This document shows positions 8,316-16,325 of a stretch of 64,000 nucleotides of DNA, in pieces (the stretch's first letter is position 1; each line of letters starts with the position of its first letter). This stretch comes from a virus. Taxonomy: Duplodnaviria > Caudoviricetes. The notes below the pieces were generated by a model. The model ran no database searches. It saw nothing but the letters and a program-made list of their open reading frames with translations, and had not been told where the DNA came from. Location of the stretch: the IMG/VR virus record IMGVR_UViG_3300028588_000019, positions 8,475 through 72,474 of that record; one strand, written 5' to 3'. The position numbers and the translations under genes are program-made.

Positions 8316-8371
8316 AGCTCTAGCTCATGACCACACTACCACGGTGCGGTCATGGTCGAGCGCTTTGCTCG
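8313..8371 (+). ncRNA. stop-anchored pseudoknot motif, copy R6
   Basis: AAAGC/GCTTT; P1 TCATGACC/GGTCATGG; P2 CGAGC/GCTCG. Confidence 0.75.
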
Positions 8372-8389
8372 TAATAGAAAGGACATTGT

Positions 8390-8554
8390 ATGCTGCAATA
8401 CAGAAAGGCGCTGATTGATTTCAGCCACGAGTACTTCCATCAGTACATCGATGAATTCCTTGCGGGATACAGCATCCCAGCAGGTATGACCTATCCTCAA
8501 CTTGTCCACCAGTTCGCTGAGTGGTGCGAGTCTTGCGGCTTTTGGGAGGTTTAA
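8390..8554 (+). CDS. 54-aa early protein
   Basis: SD AAGGA; MLQYRKALID...GFWEV. Confidence 0.65.
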   Translation: MLQYRKALIDFSHEYFHQYIDEFLAGYSIPAGMTYPQLVHQFAEWCESCGFWEV

Positions 8555-8556
8555 CC

Positions 8557-8763
8557 ATGAAGTTCGAATTCAAAAGCTCGAACGGCCAACTCATGATGAG
8601 TATTGAGTCCCCGAACACTAAGTTCGCCAAGCTGGTCAAGCAAATGTTCATTAACGAAATGAAAGACATTCACGGACCAGGCTTCAACATGTCCGTCTCC
8701 ACTCCTATCGAGGGTGGGACGTTCGAGCAATACAGCCACGGTATCGAGTGCCGGGTATCATAA
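8557..8763 (+). CDS. small early protein
   Basis: SD GGAGG then ATG 8557. Confidence 0.75.
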   Translation: MKFEFKSSNGQLMMSIESPNTKFAKLVKQMFINEMKDIHGPGFNMSVSTPIEGGTFEQYSHGIECRVS

Positions 8764-8805
8764 AGTAATCTCCTAGCTCGTTCTGCGGGCTAGTGGATGC
8801 ACTTT
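8761..8805 (+). ncRNA. stop-anchored pseudoknot motif, copy R7 (truncated)
   Basis: AAAGT/ACTTT and P1 CTAGCTCG/CGGGCTAG are present; the 3' strand of P2 is missing. Confidence 0.6.
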
Positions 8806-8835
8806 AAATATGTGTATGCACTTTTGCTTTTGCCA

Positions 8836-8844
8836 TGGTATAAT
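8836..8844 (+). promoter_or_regulatory. extended -10 promoter for the HNH gene
   Basis: TGG-TATAAT upstream of 8880. Confidence 0.55.
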
Positions 8845-8879
8845 AACCGTGTTGTTCAATTTCACGACAAGGATAAACC

Positions 8880-9347
8880 ATGAGCAAGCGTCACGACATA
8901 AGCGGTCAAAAGTTTAATCAACTCACTGTAACGAGTTTCTCGCACACAAGCCCAACAAGGCGTGCGATGTGGAATTGTGTCTGTGATTGTGGAGGCACAA
9001 CAGTTGTGTCACTGCAAAACCTGCGCAATGAAAAGGTCAAAACTTGCGGGTGCATATTCACGTACCTCTGCCAAGATGAGATCTATGGTGTTTGGAGGGG
9101 TATGATTCAACGCTGTACCAATCCAAACTCTGAAGGTTGGAAGCATTATGGTGGTCGAGGGATTACTGTCTGCGAACGATGGAAGTTGTTTAAGAACTTT
9201 CATGAAGATATGAGCCCGCGCCCTAGTCCCGAGTACCAGTTGGACCGCAAGAACAATGACGAAGGGTACTCAAAAGACAATTGTCATTGGATTACAGGCC
9301 TTGAGAACATTCAAAAGGCACACGCAATTAAACGAAGTAAATCTTAA
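8880..9347 (+). CDS. HNH-type homing endonuclease
   Basis: WNCVCDCG, WRGMIQRC, YGGRGITVCERW, LDRKNNDEGYSKDNC(H)W motifs. Confidence 0.85.
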   Translation: MSKRHDISGQKFNQLTVTSFSHTSPTRRAMWNCVCDCGGTTVVSLQNLRNEKVKTCGCIFTYLCQDEIYGVWRGMIQRCTNPNSEGWKHYGGRGITVCERWKLFKNFHEDMSPRPSPEYQLDRKNNDEGYSKDNCHWITGLENIQKAHAIKRSKS

Positions 9348-9369
9348 CAACGTAAAGGACAGACTAATC

Positions 9370-9648
9370 ATGAATAATCAGAACGCCCCGCAAACCGGTC
9401 AAGTATTCACCGGCGCAGGCATCGACTACTACCGCTTGACCACACTCAAGCATGCTCTGAAACTGGAGTCCAAAGGCTTGAAGTCACGCGGAGGAGCACT
9501 TCGTCCGCAGTGGCATGCGCAACTTGGCCTTCGTTCACGTGACTCTTACCTCGTTTTCGTGAACAGGATCATTGACTTGCAGAACGAGTATCTCAAAGCT
9601 AATGGAACACCAGCTGAAAAGCTCATTCCACATCTGGAGTCATTATAA
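9370..9648 (+). CDS. hypothetical early protein
   Basis: SD AAGGA then ATG 9370. Confidence 0.7.
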   Translation: MNNQNAPQTGQVFTGAGIDYYRLTTLKHALKLESKGLKSRGGALRPQWHAQLGLRSRDSYLVFVNRIIDLQNEYLKANGTPAEKLIPHLESL

Positions 9649-9947
9649 GACGCAGAGTCGACGCCAAAATAAATTGTAACAGTTCCGTCCAATTGCGCGC
9701 AAACAAGCCCACAGCACCGAAAATCGGTTAAACTGGGCGTGTTGGTGCAGTAATTAGCGGGGTTTTGGGGGGTTTTTGGGTGCGGGTGCGCCCTACCCCC
9801 TAACCTAGTGCGCAAAACAGCGCCTAGGGTGCTTGCCGTGCGCGGCAGCTACCTTGCGGGTTACATGGTAAGTCCCCACGTTGCAGCTGCAAGGGGGTTT
9901 ACCGGGTAATCTTGCCCAAGTTCTTTCACAATCTAAGGAGAAACACC

Positions 9948-10724
9948 ATGGCACAAGCTCAAACCTCCGCAGCTCCTGGCAAAACCAAAGCTGCGCCACG
10001 CGCATCCCGCGCAAAGAAACCGCAAGCTGAGCAAGTCGTGCAGACGACTGGCAATGCAACGGGCCCTGGCGGCAAGAACATGCCAGAAGTCACCGCGCAG
10101 AACCAGAACCCGCCTGAAATCACGCAAGAGCAGCGTCAAGGTGAACGTCGTCAGCAACAGCAGAGCGCAATCGCGCGCTTTGCCAACCAGTCGATGGACA
10201 CCCCGGCAGCTCACAACGTGCCTGAAGTCACGGACGAACAGCGTAAGCTGATCGCCTTCCAGGAGCAGATGCGCATCACCGCTGAGCAGTTCGGTGTGCA
10301 GCTTCCGCCAAACCTCGAAGACGTGCTCAACGGCAAGGTTGAACAGCCGCAAGCTCAAGGCGCGCAGGGTGCACAACGTGCTCCGCGCAACGCTGACAGC
10401 CAGAACGGTGTCACGCGCCCTGCCAAGGGTACGAAGACCGGTCAGGTGTGGGACGCAGCCGACGCAATCTCGACCAGCAAGAACGGCCAACCGGCCACGA
10501 TTGCTGAAGTCAAAGAGAAGTTGGCTGGTAGCGTCAACGACGCCACGACCCGCACGCAGTATTCGCGGTGGCGTAACTACCACGGCATCAAAGGCCGGCT
10601 CGATGCTCAACCTCAGCAGCAACAAGCTGCCAGTCCTGAAGGACGTGACGAGGGTATCGAGAAAGCCTTCGGTCGTCGCAAGGACGATGTCGACCGTCGC
10701 CAAGCTGAACCAGCTGCACAGTAA
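9948..10724 (+). CDS. Q/A-rich putative DNA-binding protein with the shared C-terminal domain
   Basis: SQNGVTRPAKGTKTGQVWDAAD...NDATTRTQYSRWR; SD AAGGAG. Confidence 0.8.
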   Translation: MAQAQTSAAPGKTKAAPRASRAKKPQAEQVVQTTGNATGPGGKNMPEVTAQNQNPPEITQEQRQGERRQQQQSAIARFANQSMDTPAAHNVPEVTDEQRKLIAFQEQMRITAEQFGVQLPPNLEDVLNGKVEQPQAQGAQGAQRAPRNADSQNGVTRPAKGTKTGQVWDAADAISTSKNGQPATIAEVKEKLAGSVNDATTRTQYSRWRNYHGIKGRLDAQPQQQQAASPEGRDEGIEKAFGRRKDDVDRRQAEPAAQ

Positions 10725-10733
10725 TACAATTTC

Positions 10734-10762
10734 AACCCCGCCCTGAACCAGCGGGGTTTTTT
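10734..10762 (+). terminator. intrinsic terminator
   Basis: AACCCCGC/GCGGGGTT stem followed by a T-run. Confidence 0.8.
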
Positions 10763-10787
10763 ATTGGCAAAACTTTAGGAGTTAATC

Positions 10788-10961
10788 ATGATGAGTGGTG
10801 AAAAGCTTTACGCACTCTACGAAGAGGGGAACTCCACGTTGAACAATTGTATCGTCGACACTTGGGAGCAGTTATCAACTGACGACAAAGCTGTTTGGGA
10901 GCGCATGGCAGAAGATATCAACGACCATACGCAACGTGCCATTACCGACGTATTCACCTAA
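10788..10961 (+). CDS. 57-aa acidic protein
   Basis: SD AGGAG; its stop TAA abuts hammerhead 1. Confidence 0.7.
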   Translation: MMSGEKLYALYEEGNSTLNNCIVDTWEQLSTDDKAVWERMAEDINDHTQRAITDVFT

Positions 10962-11010
10962 CCACACTGACGAGACCTCAATGGTCGAAACCGCTTCGGC
11001 GGTCTGTGGT
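10961..11010 (+). ncRNA. hammerhead ribozyme, type I (HH1)
   Basis: ACCACA-CUGACGA-GACC(UCAAU)GGUC-GAAA-CCGC(UUCG)GCGG-UC-UGUGGU; predicted cut after C11004. Confidence 0.93.
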
Positions 11011-11040
11011 ATGTGCCACGAGTAACAGAAAGGAAGTAAG

Positions 11041-11322
11041 ATGGCAAAGATGTTTATGACAATCAAAACGGTCTATCATATTCGAGGTAAGTCTCCGAAA
11101 GTTAACCGTTCATACAACGCAAACAGAGCAGTCATGCAATGCGTCGCTCACATGCAAATCAACCACTACGGAGCACACGTTGCTGAAGTGTACGATGATG
11201 GCACAGGTGAACTGCATGCACAGGTCAAGCGCAAAGCAGACGGTTCGTTGCACATTCACTTCCAACGTGACCCGCAGAACTTCGAAACCAAGTACGCCAT
11301 GTCCCATCTTTTAGGCCTTTAA
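11041..11322 (+). CDS. hypothetical protein
   Basis: SD AAGGA; directly downstream of HH1. Confidence 0.8.
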   Translation: MAKMFMTIKTVYHIRGKSPKVNRSYNANRAVMQCVAHMQINHYGAHVAEVYDDGTGELHAQVKRKADGSLHIHFQRDPQNFETKYAMSHLLGL

Positions 11323-11332
11323 GGAGTTAGCC

Positions 11333-11572
11333 ATGAATAGTCAGATCCCGAGCAACTATACCTGCATGATTGACGAGTACCAGCGCAAGCTGATGCACGA
11401 CGTGTTCCAGGCTGTGCTCCTGCGCGACGATATGCGTGCACACTTAACCACACTAGAAGGATCCTTCGCGGACAACGCTCTGGAGGAACTGGAGATACTG
11501 CGTGACATGCTTAAGGATCTTCCCGAGCAAGAACAAAAGAGCCCAGGCGTAACTCACGGGCTGTGCCTGTAG
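11333..11572 (+). CDS. hypothetical protein
   Basis: SD AAGGAG. Confidence 0.75.
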   Translation: MNSQIPSNYTCMIDEYQRKLMHDVFQAVLLRDDMRAHLTTLEGSFADNALEELEILRDMLKDLPEQEQKSPGVTHGLCL

Positions 11573-11580
11573 TAATCACG

Positions 11581-11607
11581 AAGGGCTGAGTAGAGCCCTT
11601 TTATTTT
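11581..11607 (+). terminator. intrinsic terminator
   Basis: AAGGGCT/AGCCCTT stem followed by TTATTTT. Confidence 0.6.
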
Positions 11608-11622
11608 AATGAGGAGGTAATC

Positions 11623-11796
11623 GTGAATAGTCTTGATCGGAGAATCGTACGTAGTCGTAATAAGCGAGAGGGTTGCTACTACGACCGACCTATTTGGTGG
11701 AAATACAAAAATGGTCCAAACCGTAAGAAACGGAACGAGTTAAAGCTGGTGCAACGCGGGAAGAAGTTTAGTACCACTCGGACCAAGAAAGTTTAA
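11623..11796 (+). CDS. 57-aa very basic protein
   Basis: SD GAGGAGG, GTG start; K/R-rich; its stop abuts HH2. Confidence 0.65.
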   Translation: MNSLDRRIVRSRNKREGCYYDRPIWWKYKNGPNRKKRNELKLVQRGKKFSTTRTKKV

Positions 11797-11857
11797 CCAC
11801 ACTGACGAGCGCTAGTGCGCGAAACCGTGGCACGGAATATTGTGCGCGGTCTGTGGT
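11796..11857 (+). ncRNA. hammerhead ribozyme, type I (HH2)
   Basis: ACCACA-CUGACGA-GCGC(UAGU)GCGC-GAAA-CCGU...GCGG-UC-UGUGGU; predicted cut after C11851. Confidence 0.92.
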
Positions 11858-12176
11858 AGAAGTGAACAGTTTGCTGTTATTTGGGTTAGTATATGACAAA
11901 TAATGGGTGCTTACCCTATGTAAACGTACTATAAATTAAGTAAAAAAGAAGATTATATATAGTATAGGTAGGAACACCCACCCTCCCGGGATGGTTTCGC
12001 AGCCCCAACACCACCCACAAATAACGCTAAAGCATAACTTGCTCGTTATTATGGCAATTAACTGTATATACTACCCTACCCCCGGCTGTTGTTTATTGCG
12101 TTAGCCCTGTTTCAGCACTATACAGGGGAGGGGTAGGGTGTTATATTAGTGGTTTCCCCACCACGCAAGGATCACC

Positions 12177-12842
12177 ATGCCCCCGATTCAACTACTTAAC
12201 CATGTCAATCTTGAAACAGCTTACCTGCTGCCTGATTTCCCATACAGCTTCGGGACCAAAACGAAAGCTCGCTATTGGATTGAAACCCGCCAAGCATACG
12301 GGCAGCGGCTGTACACACAGTTCTGCGCACCTCGTTCGGAAAGCTGGTACAAGCCGAAGCCAAGCCTGTACAGCGACATCATTGTGATGACGGTGGACAC
12401 CAATGGCTATGACGCTGGCTTAGTTGTCCCGCACTTTATCGACGTGCAATCATTAAACGCAGAGCAGCTCAAGCAGTTTGCGGAATATTTCGTCCTAACC
12501 CCTTTCCAAAAGGATCGTGTGATGAAGGGTCTTGCCCGGAACAATGTCCACTATGCCCCAAAGTGGCGCAACAGTGAGGGGCTTAACCTGCGCTTGCATA
12601 TGATGGCTGAAACTAAACCAACTGCGTTGGAGCAAGTCACTAGAGGGGTAAACAGTGTGGGTATCACAACACAGTCTGCGGAGGATGCGCTCAAGGAACA
12701 ACGTCGCCGCGAACGGGAAGCTAAGACCATTATCAACACGCCCACCCCGGTCGCAAGGATGCCTAATGCAGACGCTGACGATACGACGGGCATGACCCCA
12801 GAGCAAATCGCTGTTTACAACGACCTGATGGGGAAGAGCTGA
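12177..12842 (+). CDS. hypothetical protein
   Basis: long ORF with SD AAGGA; RYWIET...W.KPK motif. Confidence 0.8.
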   Translation: MPPIQLLNHVNLETAYLLPDFPYSFGTKTKARYWIETRQAYGQRLYTQFCAPRSESWYKPKPSLYSDIIVMTVDTNGYDAGLVVPHFIDVQSLNAEQLKQFAEYFVLTPFQKDRVMKGLARNNVHYAPKWRNSEGLNLRLHMMAETKPTALEQVTRGVNSVGITTQSAEDALKEQRRREREAKTIINTPTPVARMPNADADDTTGMTPEQIAVYNDLMGKS

Positions 12843-13258
12843 TGACCTTCGACTTTATGAGCCTACCGCGCTCCGTCCAATCGGACGTCAAACCAATTGC
12901 TGAGCTCCAAGTGTACCATGTGGATGCACAGCTGGACGATGACCACACTTGGCCGGTTCTGTACCGCGCTCACTCACGCGTGGAATTCGCAGACTACTAC
13001 GTCAGCGCTTCAGTCTGGTTTGCAGCTTACCGCATCCTGGACTACACGCCGTGTGGCGTTTGGATTTCGCAAGGTGTGCAGAAGCGCAAGTTCGTCAATC
13101 TCAAAGCTGTTAAGCAATGGGCTTACCTTACTAAGGAAGAAGCCCTGCACAGCCTGAACCGGCGTAAGCAAATGCACGTTCGCCATCTTACACACGAACT
13201 TGCAGCGGCCGAGGCCCTTGCAGACTACGTTCAGCGCACGATGGAGCATAACAAATGA
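12842..13258 (+). CDS. hypothetical protein
   Basis: overlaps the upstream stop (TGATG). Confidence 0.75.
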   Translation: MTFDFMSLPRSVQSDVKPIAELQVYHVDAQLDDDHTWPVLYRAHSRVEFADYYVSASVWFAAYRILDYTPCGVWISQGVQKRKFVNLKAVKQWAYLTKEEALHSLNRRKQMHVRHLTHELAAAEALADYVQRTMEHNK

Positions 13259-13366
13259 CACAGCAATACGATAAGCCCGTCACCCGGCATTTGTCGGTAA
13301 CGGGTATTTCGAAGAAGATGTATTCAACCAGATGTACGAAGATTTAGCTCCCGAGAAAGGAAGATA

Positions 13367-13642
13367 ATGGACTATAAATACCTCACATTCAAAACCGAGC
13401 GTTCTAGGATCCGCATAGCTAGGATTCTGAAGCTACTGGAAACTCCCATGACCCGCGACAAGCTGGAGGAATGTGGTTATATGAGCAAGACAACAGCGAT
13501 TTACTGTCTACGTCATTTGCGAGAATGTACGCCGCCGAAAATCTTCATCAGTGGCTACGAAGAACGTTTTCAAAACAGGCCTGCGCCGGTCTATTCATTA
13601 GGTGCGGGTCCGGACGTTCAACCGCCACGGAAGGTTGCATGA
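13367..13642 (+). CDS. winged-HTH protein, paralog of 506-928
   Basis: IFISGY...PVYSLGAGPDV. Confidence 0.65.
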   Translation: MDYKYLTFKTERSRIRIARILKLLETPMTRDKLEECGYMSKTTAIYCLRHLRECTPPKIFISGYEERFQNRPAPVYSLGAGPDVQPPRKVA

Positions 13643-13731
13643 ACAAATGGCGCTGCCGCTATTGCGGTGTATGGAACCGACCAACCGCTGTCATTTGCTG
13701 GTGCAGGAGGAAAATTAATGAGCGAACCTAA
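13639..13731 (+). CDS. 30-aa Zn-finger-like peptide
   Basis: WRCRYCGVWN...ICWC; ATGA overlap. Confidence 0.5.
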   Translation: MNKWRCRYCGVWNRPTAVICWCRRKINERT

Positions 13732-13942
13732 AGCGTACGACTACGTGATTGCCGCTGCTAAACTGGCTGCTCGCGATATGAAGCGTCTGAAAGCAAAGCC
13801 GCACATTGTCCAGATTCGTGATTTGGGTGGTACAGTTTTTTATGCGGTTTATAGGAACCGAAATGCTGTTCGTTTGATAGGTTACGTCAACAGCTTGGAC
13901 CAGCTAACGCAAAATTGGGCCTACATAACGCGGATGCCCTAA
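13718..13942 (+). CDS. hypothetical protein
   Basis: SD AGGAGG then ATG 13718. Confidence 0.7.
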   Translation: MSEPKAYDYVIAAAKLAARDMKRLKAKPHIVQIRDLGGTVFYAVYRNRNAVRLIGYVNSLDQLTQNWAYITRMP

Positions 13943-13970
13943 TAGCTGGAAATAAATTAAATTTCAGCCA

Positions 13971-14000
13971 ATGCACTGTGGTATAATACTTACAGTGCAT
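13971..14000 (+). promoter_or_regulatory. extended -10 promoter inside an inverted repeat
   Basis: ATGCACTGT-G-GTATAAT-ACTT-ACAGTGCAT. Confidence 0.65.
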
Positions 14001-14033
14001 TTACGGAAGTTTATCAAAATACTAGAGGGTTAC

Positions 14034-14219
14034 ATGTTCAACAGTCCAGAACGACTCAAGCGTCTCGATGAGACTTGCATGCTCTGCGCCCAAAGGTTCG
14101 GAGATCATAGCGTCCACAACGAGTGCCCTACGATGAAGGAACGTAAGATCGTTCGGCACCATTTTGAAACCACCTTGTTCCGCGGAACGGGTCATTACAG
14201 GGAGCGACTGAAAGAATGA
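14034..14219 (+). CDS. small Cys/His protein
   Basis: CxxC...H...C; SD GAGG. Confidence 0.6.
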   Translation: MFNSPERLKRLDETCMLCAQRFGDHSVHNECPTMKERKIVRHHFETTLFRGTGHYRERLKE

Positions 14220-14542
14220 CGTACAAGACAGTAATCTGTGAAAACTTAGACTGCCGAAAGCAGTTTAAAGCACGCCTTGCGGACATTGCGCGGGGCTGGG
14301 GTCGTTTCTGCTGCAAAAGCTGTAAAGCTGCTGTACAGTCCCGTAACGGGGGTAAGCTACCAGCACTGCCCAAGCGGGGTAAACGCGCAGCACAACCCCG
14401 TAGGTTGCAACCAAAGGACCGTCCGCGCTACGCTACAACGCAACCTAAGCGCCCCGTAAACCATTGGGAAGTTGAGCATCAGCGGGCAAAAGACAATTTT
14501 GATGAGTACGATCGTATTTGCGCTGAGGAGGACCAGCAATGA
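14216..14542 (+). CDS. Zn-finger protein
   Basis: CENLDCRKQF...GRFCCKSC. Confidence 0.7.
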   Translation: MTYKTVICENLDCRKQFKARLADIARGWGRFCCKSCKAAVQSRNGGKLPALPKRGKRAAQPRRLQPKDRPRYATTQPKRPVNHWEVEHQRAKDNFDEYDRICAEEDQQ

Positions 14543-14712
14543 AGCCTTCCGGTGCACTTATCTTCGTCCGTACGACAAAGACCTACAACGTTGAAATGCC
14601 CTTGTACAGGCTGTACACCAAGTCTGGTTCAGCTGCTGGCGTTTACGCAAGTCACAGCGACGCTGCACGCTTCGCAGCTAAAAGCAATCTCGTGCATGTA
14701 GGTCCACAATGA
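14539..14712 (+). CDS. 57-aa hypothetical protein
   Basis: SD GAGGAGG, ATGA overlap. Confidence 0.55.
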   Translation: MKPSGALIFVRTTKTYNVEMPLYRLYTKSGSAAGVYASHSDAARFAAKSNLVHVGPQ

Positions 14713-14834
14713 ACCGTATCTGCAAAGTTTGCGGTCAACCCAAGGGCCTACCCATTCACACCGCTTGCAGTAGACAACTCAAAGCGGTCAAACGCTTAGC
14801 AGCTATTGCTAAGAAACAATCAGGTCTTAAATAG
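14709..14834 (+). CDS. 41-aa CxxC peptide
   Basis: CKVCG...H..C; ATGA overlap. Confidence 0.5.
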   Translation: MNRICKVCGQPKGLPIHTACSRQLKAVKRLAAIAKKQSGLK

Positions 14835-14842
14835 GAGGTATA

Positions 14843-15034
14843 ATGAAGTACAAAGCATTTTACAAATGTCGCTGGTGTCAGGGGGTTTTTAGCTATAGTG
14901 TGCCTGAAAACCACCGTAACAATCCGGTCGGTCTCACCATGCAACATTCGATGGTGACAACGCATAAGTGCGACGACATCCGAACAGGAATCGCTGACCT
15001 CATAGGCGTTAAGACGGAGAACTTAAATGATTAA
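14843..15034 (+). CDS. Zn-ribbon protein
   Basis: YKCRWC...HKC; SD GGAGG. Confidence 0.65.
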   Translation: MKYKAFYKCRWCQGVFSYSVPENHRNNPVGLTMQHSMVTTHKCDDIRTGIADLIGVKTENLND

Positions 15035-15314
15035 CGCAACCAACTTCAAAACCCTCGACCTCAAGAAAGTAATTGAGCGCGCCAACGAAATCCTGTGCTG
15101 TCTGCCACTGCTTGATCCGCATGTGGCCTACGGTCTTGAGATTGCTGAAGGTCGTTTGACCGGGCAAGACATTGTATCTCGTCACGAACCGCTGGACCTG
15201 TGGGAGAAGCTGGCGTGGCAAATGGTTTACGCAGAGCTTCGAGAGCAATGCATTCGTGACGGTGACCCGAGCGTTGAAAAGCGCCCAGTCAATTGGAATG
15301 GTGGTTTGACCTAA
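15027..15314 (+). CDS. hypothetical protein
   Basis: SD GGAG; its stop anchors R8. Confidence 0.7.
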   Translation: MINATNFKTLDLKKVIERANEILCCLPLLDPHVAYGLEIAEGRLTGQDIVSRHEPLDLWEKLAWQMVYAELREQCIRDGDPSVEKRPVNWNGGLT

Positions 15315-15363
15315 GTACCAGCCACAGCGTCGTGACAGGGCGCTGTAACGGGTGCTTTACCCG
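15312..15363 (+). ncRNA. stop-anchored pseudoknot motif, copy R8
   Basis: AAGT/GCTT; P1 ACAGCGTC/GGCGCTGT; P2 covaried to CGGGT/ACCCG with loop GCTTT. Confidence 0.7.
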
Positions 15364-15381
15364 ACAACAGAGGAGAATGAG

Positions 15382-15585
15382 ATGGTAAACGTTTTAATCA
15401 CCACGACGATGATGGATGTTTTTGACGGTGTAAGCTGTTCGGTCCACACCGTCGTGGTCCCTTGCAATTCGATGGAGGAGGCGCGCAGGGTTGCAGAGAA
15501 GGTCAATGACGCGCAGAACACACGAGGTGAATTGAAATTGGGTGGTGCCGCAAAATACCTCCAAACTGCAATGGTGCTCGCATGA
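15382..15585 (+). CDS. hypothetical protein
   Basis: SD GAGGAG. Confidence 0.65.
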   Translation: MVNVLITTTMMDVFDGVSCSVHTVVVPCNSMEEARRVAEKVNDAQNTRGELKLGGAAKYLQTAMVLA

Positions 15586-15785
15586 ACATCGACCAACTTC
15601 GCGCCTGGCACATGGCTCGTGCTGCAACATACCGCCAGTCGGCGGACAACACTGCCAAGTTACCCCACGCAAACGAACCACGCCAGCGCAGTGTAATCAA
15701 ACGCGCCCACGAGAACGCTAACTTTCACGTTAAATGTGTGGCGGCAATCGACGAGGTTCTTGAAGAACTGGAACCTGTGGCATGA
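15582..15785 (+). CDS. hypothetical protein
   Basis: ATGA overlap. Confidence 0.65.
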   Translation: MNIDQLRAWHMARAATYRQSADNTAKLPHANEPRQRSVIKRAHENANFHVKCVAAIDEVLEELEPVA

Positions 15786-16051
15786 ACCGCCGTTTTGAAA
15801 CCATCGAAGCAGCTGTCTTACACATGCAGGCCGCTTATGCAAAGTTGAGTCCAAGTGTGGTCACCTGGCACGTGCTTGAGCCCGAAGATAAACCTCAAGC
15901 ACTATTGTTCATCTCTCAGCATTTCGTAAAGCTTGCAGATTGTGAAGAGATCTACACCGCATGGGTGACTTATGCCTTCGCACTCGGGGACATGGAGGTT
16001 GTATTCGAGCAAACACCCTACCACACCGGATCCCCGGATCGACCCCACTAG
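15782..16051 (+). CDS. hypothetical protein
   Basis: ATGA overlap. Confidence 0.65.
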   Translation: MNRRFETIEAAVLHMQAAYAKLSPSVVTWHVLEPEDKPQALLFISQHFVKLADCEEIYTAWVTYAFALGDMEVVFEQTPYHTGSPDRPH

Positions 16052-16058
16052 ACGCCTT

Positions 16059-16094
16059 AACGGGTGTATAATGGGGGTTGCAGTACACCCCGTT
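16059..16094 (+). promoter_or_regulatory. TATAAT promoter inside an inverted repeat, GA/TC-free
   Basis: AACGGGTG-TATAAT...TACACCCCGTT. Confidence 0.55.
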
Positions 16095-16118
16095 ACCTTA
16101 ACAATTTAGGAGTAGTAA

Positions 16119-16325
16119 ATGGATATGCGAGTGCGCGAAAAGACGGACACCGATCGCCAAAACGACATCAACCGTCTTTCGCACCAAGAAATGGCGGAAA
16201 TCATGCATTTCACGCCGAATAACCACACTTACCGCACTGGCCCATACCGCGCCATGTTCGACGCACGATTCAAGCGGCTGGGTGGTATGACCAAAGAACT
16301 GAAAAAAGAACTTGCAGCCTACTGA
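16119..16325 (+). CDS. hypothetical protein
   Basis: SD AGGAG; its stop TGA is part of the HH3 core CUGAUGA. Confidence 0.75.
   Translation: MDMRVREKTDTDRQNDINRLSHQEMAEIMHFTPNNHTYRTGPYRAMFDARFKRLGGMTKELKKELAAY

Noticed and set aside
6003-8805. CRISPR array (repeats plus a Cas4-like gene at 28587)
   Set aside because: The repeats differ in sequence and are separated by whole ORFs of variable length. The Cas4-like gene is a stand-alone nuclease in the replication module, with no cas1/cas2.
12839-12860. Additional hammerheads at other CTGATGA/CTGACGA hits (for example 12839, 22396, 1319)
   Set aside because: No stem II-GAAA-stem III-NUH arrangement follows these cores.
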